Source: Neodothiora populina (lineage: Eukaryota). Taken from it: 64,000 bases of DNA. Shown here one piece after another: positions 36,312 through 49,745 of this stretch. A model generated the notes under the pieces. It did no database searches, was not told the origin of the DNA, and worked only from the letters and a program-made list of their open reading frames with translations. The stretch spans positions 372,001-436,000 of the forward strand of contig NW_027191413.1 in the NCBI RefSeq assembly GCF_041146345.1, written 5' to 3'. Position 1 is the stretch's first letter, and every line of letters starts with the position of its first letter. Position numbers and translations under genes: made by a program.

Positions 36312-37998
36312 GCACGATATGCGGTGAATAAAGCTGCTACCGCTGCTGTTGCTGTTGTTATTGTTGTTTTCTGTCTCGTCGCTAACACGGCTAGCACTGC
36401 GCGGGTGCAGAATCTATCTGCTAATCTCTGTTATGATCAGCCAAAGCATCAACGTCGTCTGGCTGGTTGTATGTTCCGATGAGAGAGAGAGGGGCGGACG
36501 ACGGGCAAATCGCGTCTTGGGATAATCTATATATGTAACAACTTGTTCCTTATCAACAGAGGGCCTGCAACGAGATTGCGAGGTCGTATGCTGGCGAGGA
36601 CAGTTGGACCAAAGCAGACACGAAGAGATGTGTCATTCAATTAAAAGTCAAGTCTGCTGGTATATGTATCATCAAGCAAGGATAAGGTACAGTAGGTATG
36701 TACGAGTAGTGTATGTATGTATTGTACGGCACAGTCGTAAGTACAGAGCAACTCCGTACTTGGTTCACGGGTTAAGATGGGCACTGACGTATCTTACAGC
36801 CAGCTTGCATGCGCTGGCCTACCCTACTCAAGCCTCTAACTTGGCCTCTAAATTGGGGGAGGGGGAAGGGAAAAAAAATACAGCTTCATTGAAAAGGGAG
36901 ATCCTATATGCGGGTAATTGTCATCGTGCGTCGGCGAGCATCGGCCTCATCGGGCCTTAATTCACCACCTACCTACTGTCCCTGTCCATCTTGTGCCCGC
37001 TCTCTCTTCTCCGTCAGCAAGCCTGGGGTGTGCAGACCATACTACCAGTCCTTGAACATCCTCGAAGACGAGTTCATTTGTCTGGAAAACTCCATATACG
37101 GCAGTCTCCAACTTTCTGTTACGTCTCTGCTCTGACAAACTTGGAATTAGTAAAACCGTTCGTTCGTTCGTTCGTTCCTTTGTTGGCGACCGTTGGCGCA
37201 CGACCTGGCGGTGTCTTGGTATCGCACTTTCGGCATACACTACAGGGCGTGGCTGGGAATGGCACGCCTTGCCTTTCTGTACTTAATGAGTCGCCTGAAT
37301 CTTACTGTTTGCTATGCTACTGATGCTGGCAGGTACTGGCACTGGTATTATCTCACTCTACTTGCCCTTCGCGTACTCCGAACTGATCCGGCATCCTCTG
37401 GTGTCCGAGTGATGAGTGAGTGTCAAATGATAAGTAACCTAGCGATTCATCAAGTAATCATAAAATCTCGAACCATGGCACGAAATGTTTGAGCGCCAGA
37501 CGAAGCGGAGTCGAATGATATCGAGTCAAGTCACGAGAAGTGAAGTAATTGTGGTGGTAGAGATGAAGATGGCTCAAGACTCGCTCTATGTAGATATCAA
37601 AGGGTGAAATAAAACAACACACTAGAAATCAACTGGGTATATCACCGTCCACTTCCACCGCTGCACTTCTGCAATAATGACCAGGAATAAAACATGTCTA
37701 AGAAAGAAAAAAGAAACACCGTTTCCAGCCTCATGTCCCGTGAAACCATGGTGTTCTCAATGTCCAGAGATAGCATGCCTGACCGTCCCGCAGACAAGTC
37801 AAGATTGGAAATGACTGTAAAGGACAGCTCCTCATGCACCGAAGTGTGGGTTCGAAAGACCCCCAATGAAGAGCACTCCATGAAACACCTCGCTGCGCTA
37901 GGAAAAACTAGAAAGCATCGCTGGACCAGTAAAAAGAATTATTCGAAACCCAACCCCCTTACAAACACAATCACCTTGTCGCCAGTCTACGCCAGCAA

Positions 37999-40900
37999 TC
38001 AGAAGAACGCCGTGCCAGCAAATAAGCTGTTGCCAAAGGCGTCCCTATCCCAATTGCTGTTGTCCTTCTCCAAACCTGCTCCTGGATAAAACATAGTGTC
38101 CCAGGCCATCGGCATATCCTTCATGCCTCCCATGGCCCCCTTTTCTGCATCTTCGACGTTCTTCGCCGACTCTTGCCCTATTTGGGTCATTGACTGTTGT
38201 TGCTGCTCATGGCTTTGCTGTGTGGGCGTCAGGTCCTTCGAGTTGTCGAAACAACTTTGCAGTCCCATGTCACCCAGTCCGATATCGTTCGTCAGGTCCA
38301 TGCGGATGCTCGACCCGATGTTGTAAGGGTCCCATTCAAAGGTCATCTTGAGGCGATCGTTTTCATTGATGTTATTGGCGCTCGAAGCTGTCGAGTCTGT
38401 CACGCCAGACTGAGAGCTTGACGGCGTCAAAGCTGGACTAGGGTCTGGAAAACTGAACTCCATATCATCGCCATATGGGTTGTCGAGACCAACGAGCGCA
38501 TCTGCCATTGCCTGCACGAAAGTGGGACTCTCATCCTTGCCCATGGCGTCTTCACCAACCACAGGCGAGGTAGAGACAGCCTGCTCACGCTTGGGTCCGT
38601 CCGCCTTCGGAATCGCGATCCCTGCTCTGTCCGCCATTGTTTCGAGCATCGTCTTACTGGCGACGACGGTGCTATCTTCGCTCGTCGTGGCCGGCTTTGA
38701 CTTAGCCTGTGGTGTGCGTCCAGATGCAGGAGGTGAAGGCTTGACAAATCCTGGTGACGGGGTCATGGACTGTTTGGTCTTGCCGGGTGTTTGTCCCTCG
38801 ATCTTCAATGCCTCTCGCTTCACTGTGACAGGTCCAAGATTGGCGGCCTTGAGCGCATTGCCTGTTGGCTTTGCTTTGTTCGCCACGTTAGAATCAGCCT
38901 TGGGCTGTCTTGACTGACCATCTACATCGACATCAAGCGCATTCGCGGCACTGTTAAGGAAGAATTCCAATGGATCTTCGATCTTCGGGTGGGAAGCTGT
39001 TGTGTGAGCTTGAAGCTCCTCTTCCTTCTCGAATCCCTTGACGCTGAACTCGCAATACTCGTCAGCGCACTTGAACCTTCGTTCCTGCTCCTGTTGCTGT
39101 TGCTGCTCAAGCTTGAGCTGTTGCTGTCGTCGCTGTCCAGGGCTCTGTTGGGCTTTCATCAGCTGCGGGCTAGCTCCAGTGGCCGGTGTGGCACCTTGAT
39201 TCGCGGGTGTCGACGCCGCGCTGCCGTTGTTGCCCTTGCGCTTCTTCTGAGGCGGCAGGTGGAGTTTGTCGGGTGTGAGTCCGGTATTCATACCTTCGTA
39301 CACTGGTACGCCATGACCGGTACGTGGAGATCCAATCGGGAAGGGCGGAACCGTGGACGTTGGTGCCGGGGGAGCCTTTGACTTGGCTTGTCGAGCCCCG
39401 CCCTGTGAAGCGCTGCGAGACATGTTTTCCGTTGCTCGCTGATGCAGATTCTGTGGTGGCTGCGGCTGTGCAGTAACCTCAGGCTGCTTCATGGGCGCTG
39501 GAGCCGGGACTTGCTCAGCCTTCGCGCCATCTTGGTGTTGCTGGTACTGGTGCAGAATGAAGGCCAAAGTCTTCTTCAGGGCATTGTACAAGTCTTCAAG
39601 CTGCTTCAGGTTGAGGGATACGTATTCGTGAACATCGCCGTTCTTATGCATCTGATGGAAGAAGTTCGTTCTGAGCATGCATAATCTTCTCAACACATCC
39701 TGTCCGATCAAGCCGTGATTGACCATAGCAACAGCGATAGGCAAAGCTCGATCCGTCTGAAGTGCAAGAGGCAGTGTTTGTTTTAGCTTGTCAATCATGG
39801 CTGGGAAGCTGCCGTTGTCAACCTTTGCAGGTGCACCCTTCTTCAATCCCTTATCAGCTTGCTGAGCAATGTTCAATGCTGCAACTCTGTGCTGAGGAGT
39901 TACTTCGATAGGCTGCTTTCTGGTCTGTTGTTGCATTGGCGACTGTTGGATCATTTGCCCTTGATTTGGACCTCTACCAGCTTGTTGTTGGCCTTGATTC
40001 TGGGCACGCTTGAGCGCCTCCACTTGAGCTCTCTGTTGAGCATTTTGATGCTGCTGCATTTGCAGAGACAGTTGGGCTTTCTGCTCTGCTGGTAGCGTAG
40101 CTAGCTGCTCGGGAGTCATTGTGCGAAGCTGATCAAAGGTTGGTCTCTGCATCTGTGCCTGGTCAGGTTGACCCACAGCAGTAGGAGGACGCTGAGGAGA
40201 TTGATTGGGATTCGGAATCTCGACAACGTCATCGCTGGTTCCAGGACGTTTGGGACCTTGAAGATTATTGGGAACTCCAGCCTGCATATTGAAAGGTGGC
40301 TGAGCGCGGTTTTGTAGGCCTGGTGCTTGTAGATTGACACCAAGCCCTGGTTGTTGTGCCATATTCGCTTGACCGGCGCGCTGCAGTTGAGCCTGGCGAA
40401 TGGCGTTCTGCTGAGCCTGGTACTGCGCTTTGTGCTGCTGAAATGCGGCAGGGTTCTCTTGTGAAAGTTTATTTATCTTCCACTTCATGATCGCGGCTTT
40501 GATATGTTCGTCTGGAGCATTCGGTGCGTTCATTCTAGCTCTGAATGCTTGCATTTCTTGCGGCGACACTTGCAGCATTGCGGCATTAGACATGTTCGGC
40601 GGGTTCAGTGGAATATTCATTCCGGGCTGGCCTTGGTTTTGTAACGTCTGCTGCTGTGGTACCATTTGAGCCGGAGGGGCCTGGGTGCCGGGGATGATCG
40701 GTGGTCCAGAAGCCGGTGTGGGTTGACTCCCCGGTAATTGTCCTCCAGCACCATTAGGCAGGCCGTTAGCATTAGCATTCATATGATTCTTCTGCAGTTG
40801 CATTGCGAACATTGACTGCATCCGATGCATCCTGGGCATAGAATCTGGAGGCAAAGTAGCTTGATGCTCTTGTACGAACTGTCTGAGTTGACCCCACGTC

Positions 40901-42885
40901 TGGACAGCATCTGGAGCAGGCAGTTGTAGTTCTTGCAACACTCTTCGCGGGAATGCCATCGGATCCATTGCACGCAGACGCTGCTGCTGCTGCTGTTGTG
41001 CGATCAGTCTTTGCTGAATCTGCACTTGATTCATGTTCGCAACATTTCCCACGTTCGGACCTTGCTGACCGTTTTGTTGTAGGTTCTGCATGGGATTGAT
41101 GTTGTCTCCATTCGGCATATTCATGCCATTCTGCATCCCTTGTGCTTGGTTGGCCTGGTGCGAATTTCGCATGCGCTCCAATATCAGCCTAGCTTGGTCT
41201 GGGTCCATGCCCATGAGTTTCGCTTTGACCTGAGGGGGCAGATTATCAGGAATCTGTACTGGGAGCTTTTGGGGTGGAAACATGGACTGGTTTCCATTCA
41301 TGTTCTGCGATTGTAATGAAGCCATCAGAGCAGGGTTAGTCGGACCGAGTACCTGTGGAATGTTCTGCTGTGAGGGCTGCTGGGGCGTCGTTCCGCCCTG
41401 CTGACCAGGTGGGATCATCGGTCTGTTCAACATTGACATTGCTGGGCTCTGCTGAGGAGGCTGTGTGGCATTCAGGCCTTGCCCTCTCAACATATTCTGT
41501 TGCTGGGCCTGGGCTTGAGCGGCATTTCGAGCTTGTGCTTGTGCCTGGGCTTGTAGTTGAGAGGTCCGCATGGCGGCATCTCTTTGTAATTGTTGCTGAC
41601 GGTGTACCATCATGTTCTGCACCTGAGCTGGATTATTGTTAATCATTCCCGGTTGATTTAGGTTGGGCTGATTCATGTTGTTCATGTTCATCGATGATGG
41701 ATCCATAGTGGTGTTATTGTTGTTGGTACCGCCTCCGCCACCATTGCCGCCCCCGTTGGTACTAGCAGGTACGACAAGTTGGCCGGATTCTTGCATCTTC
41801 ATGGCATCGGCTTGTTGGCCAGCAAAGGAAGCAAAGTCGATGCTCGGATTGCCGTTCAGGCCTTGCTGAGAACCCGGTCGCTGCATATTGACAGCTTGCG
41901 CTGCGTTGCCGCCGTCCATGGATGGTCCCTGAAGTCCCTGCCCAGCCTGTTGTCGTGCCGCCTTTGCTTTCAAAAAGTTATTGAGGGAGATCTGGAACAT
42001 GTGTCGGGGAAGGGGGTCCTGGTTCGCATGCTGCTGTCTACGCTCCAAGGGCATGCTCTCGAACAGTTGGTGTCGTAACAAATCAGCCTTTGGCTTAGGC
42101 AGACCGTTGATCATTTGGGTAGCATGTGCCTGGATCTGGGCTTTCTCCTGTTGCGTAAGACTCTGCATCTGGCGTTGTTGCATCGAGAGGTTCGTTTGCA
42201 TGTTGGCAGGCTGCGGCGCCATGTTCATCGGCGAGTTCTGAAACGGTTGCTGTGGTTGCTGGATCATGTTCCCAGCTAGTACGCCTTGATTCGATCGGGT
42301 TTGCTGCATAGGTGTCTGCATTCCAATGCCACCCTGCGACATTTGAAAGTTGTTCTGTGCTTGCATCATGTTATTGTTGTTCATCGCATGAGCTTGTCTG
42401 GCCCTCTGGAGTTCTTGCAGTTTCTGTTTGAAGGAGGCTGTGTATTGATCCTAAAAGAAAGTCTCAGTAGATGCATTCGGAAGAGCAGGGAATGCACGGA
42501 GTTACCTTGCTCGGCGAAGTCTGGAAGAGCTGGACCTCGTAGCGAAGGGCCATACCGATGGCTTGTATCACTGTGTGCTGGGGCTGCAGAAGACGCATGC
42601 TGCTCTGCCTGTTATTCTATCGTCAGCGGATCAAGCTAGCATATAGGGACGAGAGATCCAGAGGATCCAGAGCGTGTGCCGTGAGCGATCGACATACAGT
42701 TGCATTATCCAATTCGCACGCTCGCGATAGTCCATGGTTATGTGCCACGTTCCATTCGGCAACGGTACTTTTCGAAGCTCCTCCATGATCTTTGCGTGGA
42801 TTTGATCATTTTCATTGCCAGGCTGTGGTCTTTGCATGCCCTGAGGCAGCATGTTTCCAGCCATCATGAAGGGATTTGGGTCCAT
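37999..42885 (-). CDS. MED15: Mediator subunit Med15/Gal11, 3 exons
   Basis: Exons 42885-42698, 42608-42506 and 42450-37999 join in frame through GTATGT..CAG and GTAACT..TAG introns. They form a KIX-like N-terminus (WH..ERANWIMQL..ALRYEVQLF..SKDQY..KL), a long Gln-rich body with TWGQLRQFV, and the KAPPAPTS..PPFP..GVPVY..LHLPPQKKRK segment. Confidence 0.82.
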
Positions 42886-45549
42886 GATGGATTTGGCGTT
42901 ATCGATCGATCAATCAAAAAAATGACAGGGCTGAGAAGCTGACAGCGGCACGAAGGCCAGCTGTAGTGAGAGATGTTGGTTCACAGGTTGTCGAGCATGC
43001 AGCGGCTTGAAAAATCGACGGATTGATGAAGGTGAAGGTAGGGAATCGGCGCTGTGGGTGCGGCGGTAGAAGCGGGCGATCGTGAGACAGAACCAAGAAT
43101 GTGTTGCAGAAAAGTAGCGAATCGAATGAGCAAAAGGTGAGTGTAAACTGAAGGTAGGTGTTGGGTGTGTCAAACAACGGATTTGGAGGTGTCACAGGTC
43201 TTTAGTGGCACCAGATGTACTATTGCGCAAGGCAGCCGGTAGCCAACCGCGCAGGTGACTGGCTCGAGGACGTCGTTGCGTGGCAGTGGATGAGCTGATT
43301 TCCAGGAAATGATCCAGGCCCCGCTGTCGTTTGCTGTATAACAATGTCGTGTTGCGAGCTTGTACAGCGCAGGAATTGTATTCGCTGCCGACTGAGAAAA
43401 GGCTCGTTCCACAATGAAGATGGAGTGAAAGAAGGCGCAGGACTAAGAAGGAAGGAACAAGACTCGTCCCAATGTCAGCAAGTGACAGTAAAATGGGCGA
43501 TGATGCGGGTCGAGGTCTGTGCCCGCCGAATGGAGATGGCGCGAATGACGGCGGCCTGAGGGGGTCACAGACAAAACAACACCCGAAAAGGCTATGCAAA
43601 CCTAGCCGGATTAAGACTGCCTGTCACAGGTTTTCCAGGTGTGAGAGGAGAGGGCCAGGGAAGAGCAGAGGGCACCTGCTCGATGGTGGAAAGGCGTCGC
43701 TCTAAAGAAACAGTGAAGCAAGCCCTGTGGGTGGAAGCATACAGTACGTGACGGCCCGTTCAATGCACTGCAGACGATCTGCCTGTACGATAAAAGCATG
43801 GACCCGGCACGAGCACTACTGGGCAACTTGGTTGCAGCAATTGTTTTGACGGTGGTGAATCAATCTAAAACAGGCCAAGAGAGCATAAGTTTTCTCTGGA
43901 TTTCCTACACTCAGCAACACGCAAGATAAACTACAGCACATTAATTGCGCGAAGGCGTACTGAAGCAAAAGAAAAAAAAAGAGGAAGGGGATTGTGGTAC
44001 TCTCTTGAGAACCCGCAGACTGATCGTCGAGGAAGGGCGGAAAGGCACTGCATGGATGTGGCTTTGGCGCTAGTGTCACCGATGGAAATGTCAGAGATGG
44101 CCACGATTGCTGCAATATACTCACTTTGATTGTCTACTTTCGATTGAGCGATCTTTCACCGACTCATGATGGTACAAATAGAGCCATGCTCGAAGACGTA
44201 TGGTGCTGGAAGTCCACCGAGTCCATGTGGCCACGAGTTTTCTTGTACATAGGTAATGTCCTCGAAAACATCTCCACGAGCGTTGGAGGGGTTCAGAAAC
44301 TCTCAGCTCGTGCAAGCCTCGAGCCCGGCAGCGGGAACCAAACCGTTTTACGCGGGAACCTTGTAAGTCATTGGGCTGTCTACAGTGCTGTAGTGCTGTC
44401 CCTTCTACCCTTACCCAAACTTGTTGCCGGATCGTCGCGCCTCACTCGACCCTGACACGCCCGACACGGCTCCGCATAATTGTCACGCGCGGTCTCGCCT
44501 GTCTTACGTGCTTCGTACACCATAGTCACTCGTTTACACGTCTCTTCGTTGCCGGGCTACTTTTGAAAAGCAGCACAAGGTCTTTAGCGCGCAACTTTTG
44601 GTAGAAATCAGGTACCTTCGGCTCACTACCTGCGAAAACGCGTATATTCACCAGTGGACCCCACTTTCACGCTCGACGGTTGAACTTTGTACGTGCAAGG
44701 CGAGGCATGCCTACCACGGCATTCAACGCCCTTTCCCAGTATTGGATTTTGTATCTGCTGGACTCAGGGGTCGGTACGAGATACAGAACTTCTACTTTAC
44801 AGCGCCACGCACTCATCATCCTATCATGGTGACCTTACAATGTACAGGGGAGGTACGTCTTGTATGACCATACTTTCCAGGCGAACTAGGTGACATGGGC
44901 ACAGCCTCTGTTCGCTTGGCTTGCTAGGCCGCTGGTCCGTCCTGTCTTTTGTGCGTGCGAGCCTCTTCCAACGTCGACCCATGTGTACTGTACTGTATTT
45001 GTCCTTCAATGCTACGGGTTCTTGTATGCGAAATAGCGATATATTTTGCCAGGGAAGTGCTCTTTGTGCCTGCGACCAACATTTCGCAACTCAGGGGCAA
45101 AGATGATCAGCTATTTATAAATGGATGCACTACTCTGAGAGATGTGCATGCGTCACTCAAACATTTTGGGGCCAACGGTTGTAGACCATACAATAGGTCT
45201 TTGGTAATAGTTCTGCGATTTCTTGAAAACATCCTTCTTCCATTTTCTTTTTGGTATCGAGCAGGTATGCAACACGAAATAGTATGAGTAACTCATCTTC
45301 TCTTATCTTTCCGTCACCAAGGAATATCTTGGCAGCATAGCAATGTGAATTTTGGCCCCAGAGCACGGGACTAAAATAGATGGGGGCGATAGACTCTCAT
45401 GGTTCATAGAAAGTGGAAGCAATCCGAACATAGCAGCAGCGGGCAGATTATCATCTAACAAACCTAATCTGATTCATTGCGCTTCACTTCGACGATATCA
45501 CTATTTGATTACCTCCACATTGTGTACTCATTTGACACTTGTAAGTAAT

Positions 45550-45915
45550 CATTGAGATCTTATTGGGATCTTATTGAATTCTTGCAGTAAACTCATTGGT
45601 ATTGTGTTGCAAGGTCTGTCGGACTCGTCACTATTTCGCTGCTTTTTCGCTACTTCTTCACTACCCTCTGACTCAATATTCACTACTCTCTAATCCCGTG
45701 ATCACTGCTCTTTAATTGCTTCTTCATTGCTCTTTAGCTGCCTTCTCACTGCTCTTTTACTGGATTTGTACTGCTTCTCCACTGCTCTCCTTTACACCAT
45801 TCTTCAACTGCTTTCTTACTGCTTTTCTAACTGCCTCTTCACTGCCTTGCCTACTTCTTCGCAACTCTCTTGACTACTTTCTGATATCTCTCTCACCGCT
45901 TTCTGAGTGACCTTT
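45550..45915 (+). repeat. Degenerate 11-bp tandem array, family 1 (~TCACTGCTCTT)
   Basis: Phased units tcactgctctt taattgcttct tcattgctctt tagctgccttc tcactgctctt ttactggattt gtactgcttct ccactgctctc, preceded by cattgagatct tattgggatct tattgaattct. Confidence 0.8.
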
Positions 45916-47109
45916 CCCAGCTTCTACTTTGGCTCTACTATTTGGTCCTTGATTTTGATATTGTCGTTGTATTAAAGCCAAGAGTATATCATATAATAGT
46001 ATATAATTTTCCTGCTCCGAGCGGAGCCAGGTCCAAGAAGCTGATCCTCCATCGTGAATCCTGGGGTCCCTGAAAGTGTGATCGATTGTTTCGCTTGTTA
46101 GATCCAAGGAAGTAAATGATTTTCAAGACTTCGCCTTGTTGAGTCAGACATCTGGTAAGAAAAGCCTGGCTTATACACTTGTATCCGCAAAGCTCTTCAT
46201 AGTGTTATCGGACAGGGATGTCTTCCATTGCCTGTTGATAGAGATGCGGAAGGAGATGTATCCCGACTCTTGGGGCCCAGCCCCGCATATGAGTGGCATG
46301 TGCATACACTCGCCGTACAATTTCAGCGATATGTACGTAGAGCAGAGGGTCAAATGGGCCAAATCTATTCGCACTTTACAGATGCATGCCGAGCCACTAG
46401 CCTGTCCCCCGCCCCAAAGGCTGTGACTGGTGAAACTAGAACCTAGCGGATATATCAATTTAGTCAAGATCTCCCAAGGATGAGTGTCATGACTGAAAAT
46501 AAAACTACCTACCTTACCTCACCTACACTAGGCACCCGTGTAGTACAACAGGCAATGGACATGCATGACCCCCTCATACCTAGGCAATCATTGCATCGAA
46601 ACCTGTACATGTCAGGCGTGCAATTTCCCGTCGACTTCTTTTGAGGCTACTACAGTATGTGAGGGTTCGTGCGTGATAACATCTTCCTTCGCCTTCGCAT
46701 AAGTTTCCGTGGCGACTCCATTCTTCTGCGCACTGCGACCTACTGCAGGTCAGTACTTGTACTGAGTGTAAGCTGACGCATGACTAGGATGGTGATCCTG
46801 TGGAGGCACAGGCCTAAGGATAACCCGCTCGTCTTTCGGGGCTGATTCGTAGCACAGCACCTAGTCAGATAGCCAACCAAAGCACTTTTGCTTCGTCCGT
46901 AGGTATGAAGGTAGTAAATTATATGTAAGGTACCTGGCCACTCTCGGGCAAGGCATTGCCTCAGACATCTTCATCTTCAAGTGCGACCTTGAAGCATGCC
47001 TCCAGCCTCTCATTCGCACTTCTCTCTCTTTGCTGCGTGAATTCGTGCGTTTGTGTGCCCTTCGCAAGACGAAAAAAGATATTGTTTCGTGTCGAATTGA
47101 TCTTGAATC

Positions 47110-49007
47110 ATGCTTTTTTGCCAAAGATTCGTTGCTACGTACCTTGGCCTCTCCGTACACCTGAGTTTGGTCTTGGGCATAATACCATGGCGCGTCTCGT
47201 GGGGGGATGGTGCAGGCAAGTGACATGGAAGGCGAGCATGGAGAAATTATACTAAGCAATGCACAGTTGGACCAGATGGTCGGTATAAGATAGCGCAAAG
47301 CTCAGTATTTTACTGTAACTAAATTCAACAGGACCATGGAACGCACTACTTGTAGGCGTCGATTCACCACCACAAAACTTGACATTTCTGCCATCCCTAA
47401 CGAAGAGTACTCTGCTCATTTCGGATGGCGCATGTTCCAGTCAGTCATCTGTGTGTCCTCTGCCATTGCCTAATTTCTGGCTCAACTCCTCTGCCCACGC
47501 CGAATTTGTTTGGATAGATAGCCCCTCCTGGGACGCCAGCACTTGGGATGCTACTGTATCCGAACCTCTTCAACTCGATGGACAAGGCCTTCTTCTACAC
47601 GAGACGCTCCAACTCTATAATCAGCCAAAGACAAATATAAATGGATTCGTCAACCAGGCCATGGCTCTGACACAAGACATGACCGTCAATTATCCAGACG
47701 GTACAAATTACACGATGGACGTGGGATTTTTCTCTGTCTACGGAGCTGCAGACAACCAGACCTGGACGTCGACGAATGGCTCAAAGATAACCTTGGACAG
47801 CACACTACCTTCCGTTTACAACGGGGGTGTGATACCATCGACCAGCTATTCACTCCATATGGGGTCTGCGTCGCTCGAGGTGCCTGGTAGCCTTGTACTC
47901 GGGGGTTATGATCGGTCCCGATGCTTGACGACACCAATAACCAGCGACAGTTCCGTTTTCCAGCTTCATGGTATTAACATCGGAGTTCGCGCTGGAGCAA
48001 GTGCGTTCATAGGAGCCACTCGACCGAATATCAGCTCTATACAACTTCTTTCGGGGCCCGAATTGACCGTCTTGCCAAACCCAGGTGTACCTTACATGTA
48101 CTTGCCAAGAGCAACATGCGATGCTATTGCCGAGTACCTACCTGTCAATTATAATGCTGACAAAGGTCTCTACATCTGGAATACCAGCAACCCTGCTTAT
48201 CAGCAGATTGTCAGTTCTCCTCATACACTTTCTTTTACATTCGCATCCTCGACCTCGGGCAGCAACGATACTATTCACATACCTTTTGCTCTTTTGAATC
48301 TGACCCTTGATTCGCCAATCGTGAATCCACCCCTACAATACTTTCCCTGCAGCCCTTACAGTCCATCAGACTCGACGACATACCACCTTGGCCGTGCATT
48401 CCTGCAGGGAGCTTTCTTGGCTCAACATTGGCAGACGAATACGACCTGGCTAGCACAAGCTCCTGGGCCAGCAAAGTCATCAGAGAACATCATCAATCTG
48501 GAACCCGAAGATACGACTCTCGCCGCCATGGTCAATGGTCCAAATTGGTACAGCACTTGGCAAGACACACTAAAGCCTCTAGCCAATGACAAGCCAGGGG
48601 AGATTACGGACTCACTTTCCGGAGGTGCAATAGCAGGAATAGTAGTTGGTGTAGTAGTTGGTGTTCTTCTCGTCGTCGCTGCTGTTGTATTCTTTTTCAT
48701 CCGTCGACGGAGGGCACGTTCTTCGGCTGGAGCAAACGCTCCAGGCGATGGAGACGATACGCGACAAGAGCTCAAAGATTATCCTACAGAGGACAATGAT
48801 CACGCTGCCGGTGCGTCAACCCCATTAGTGACGTCGCCCTCCGAGGCACATTCGAGACATTTAGTTGAGGCACCTTACACCGAGATTCACGAGATTGCAG
48901 GGAGCAAGAATAGACATGACGACGAAGATCCCTTCAAGGACAAGGAGATGAAACTTGCAGAAATGGAAGATCGTCGCTCACCTGTAGCAGAGCTTCCAAC
49001 AAATTAA
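47110..49007 (+). CDS. Secreted/type I membrane pepsin-fold (peptidase A1-like) protein, probably non-catalytic, 3 exons
   Basis: Exons 47110-47215 (signal peptide MLFCQRFVATYLGLSVHLSLVLG), 47267-47278 and 47332-49007 give GAVGPDGPWNALLVGV. A1-like motifs IPSTSYSLHMGS..GSLVLGGYD, PYMYLP, IHIPFALL and LGRAFLQGAF. TM helix LSGGAIAGIVVGVVVG..FFFI is followed by RRRR. Confidence 0.85.
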
Positions 49008-49149
49008 TAGGATTCATTTGCGATTCTTCACTGCTATCTCATTCATGGCTCAATATAATATATCTCATCACAGACTTACTGCTTTCTTGTTTACTTTTCA
49101 TTATTACATCGCGCTGATACTTCACTTACGGTTTAGTATGACTTGACAA

Positions 49150-49320
49150 CGACCTCACCGCCTTCTATCATCATTCCTCGCTCTTGCTCCAGTTGTGGTT
49201 CGGTATGCCTTCAGTATGCCATCACTTCTACTTCAGTTATAGTTCAGTACGCCCTTACTTCCACCTCACTCATGGTTCAGTATGCCCTTACTACGACTTG
49301 CTGCTTAACAGTCACAATTA
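49150..49320 (+). repeat. Degenerate 11-bp array with 33-bp higher-order repeat
   Basis: cttcagtatgc catcacttcta cttcagttata / gttcagtacgc ccttacttcca cctcactcatg / gttcagtatgc ccttactacga. Confidence 0.72.
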
Positions 49321-49590
49321 CAGTATATGCTTTGCTCATAGCATTTTCTTTTGCAATTAATTTCCTCATCCGATTAAGATCAGCTACATTACGTTCCTTC
49401 GCCCGGGCGCGTTCTTTCCTACGTTGATTAGCATTTTTGTCTTTGCGTGTCTGGTCTCCTCCTTCTGTAAGGATGAGTTTCCTCTCAGCCTTCTTCTTTA
49501 CCTTGTATCTCTTCTGAGCAGCAGCTTGGTCGGCAAGCCTCTCCAGCCTCTCCTCCTATCTTAGTAGCGAGATGCTTTACCTAAGACTGT
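49320..49590 (-). pseudogene. Lys/Arg-rich STPR-like repeat element, copy 1 (disrupted; absent from ORF track)
   Basis: Minus strand reads EERLERLADQAAAQKRYKVKKKAERKLILTEGGDQTRKDKNANQRRKERARAKERNVAD, colinear with the 60566-61153 ORF. Upstream there is a frameshift and a TAG where other copies have Trp. Confidence 0.75.
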
Positions 49591-49619
49591 ACTCTGCACA
49601 ATTGGAACGTGACTAGAGC

Positions 49620-49745
49620 CGCAGTAAGAAAGTGAAGAAGTCGCAGTTAAGACTCAGTGAATGCGCAATCAAGACTTAGTGAAAGCGTAGTCAAGACTTA
49701 GTAAAGGCGTATTCAAAAGTCGGTAAAGGTGTAATCAATGTAGAT
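49620..49745 (-). repeat. 11-bp array (22-bp dimer), family 1, minus strand
   Basis: Reverse complement gcctttactaa gtcttgactac gctttcactaa gtcttgattgc gcattcactga gtcttaactgc. GCCTTTACTAAGT also occurs at ~56306, ~57092 and ~58409. Confidence 0.8.
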
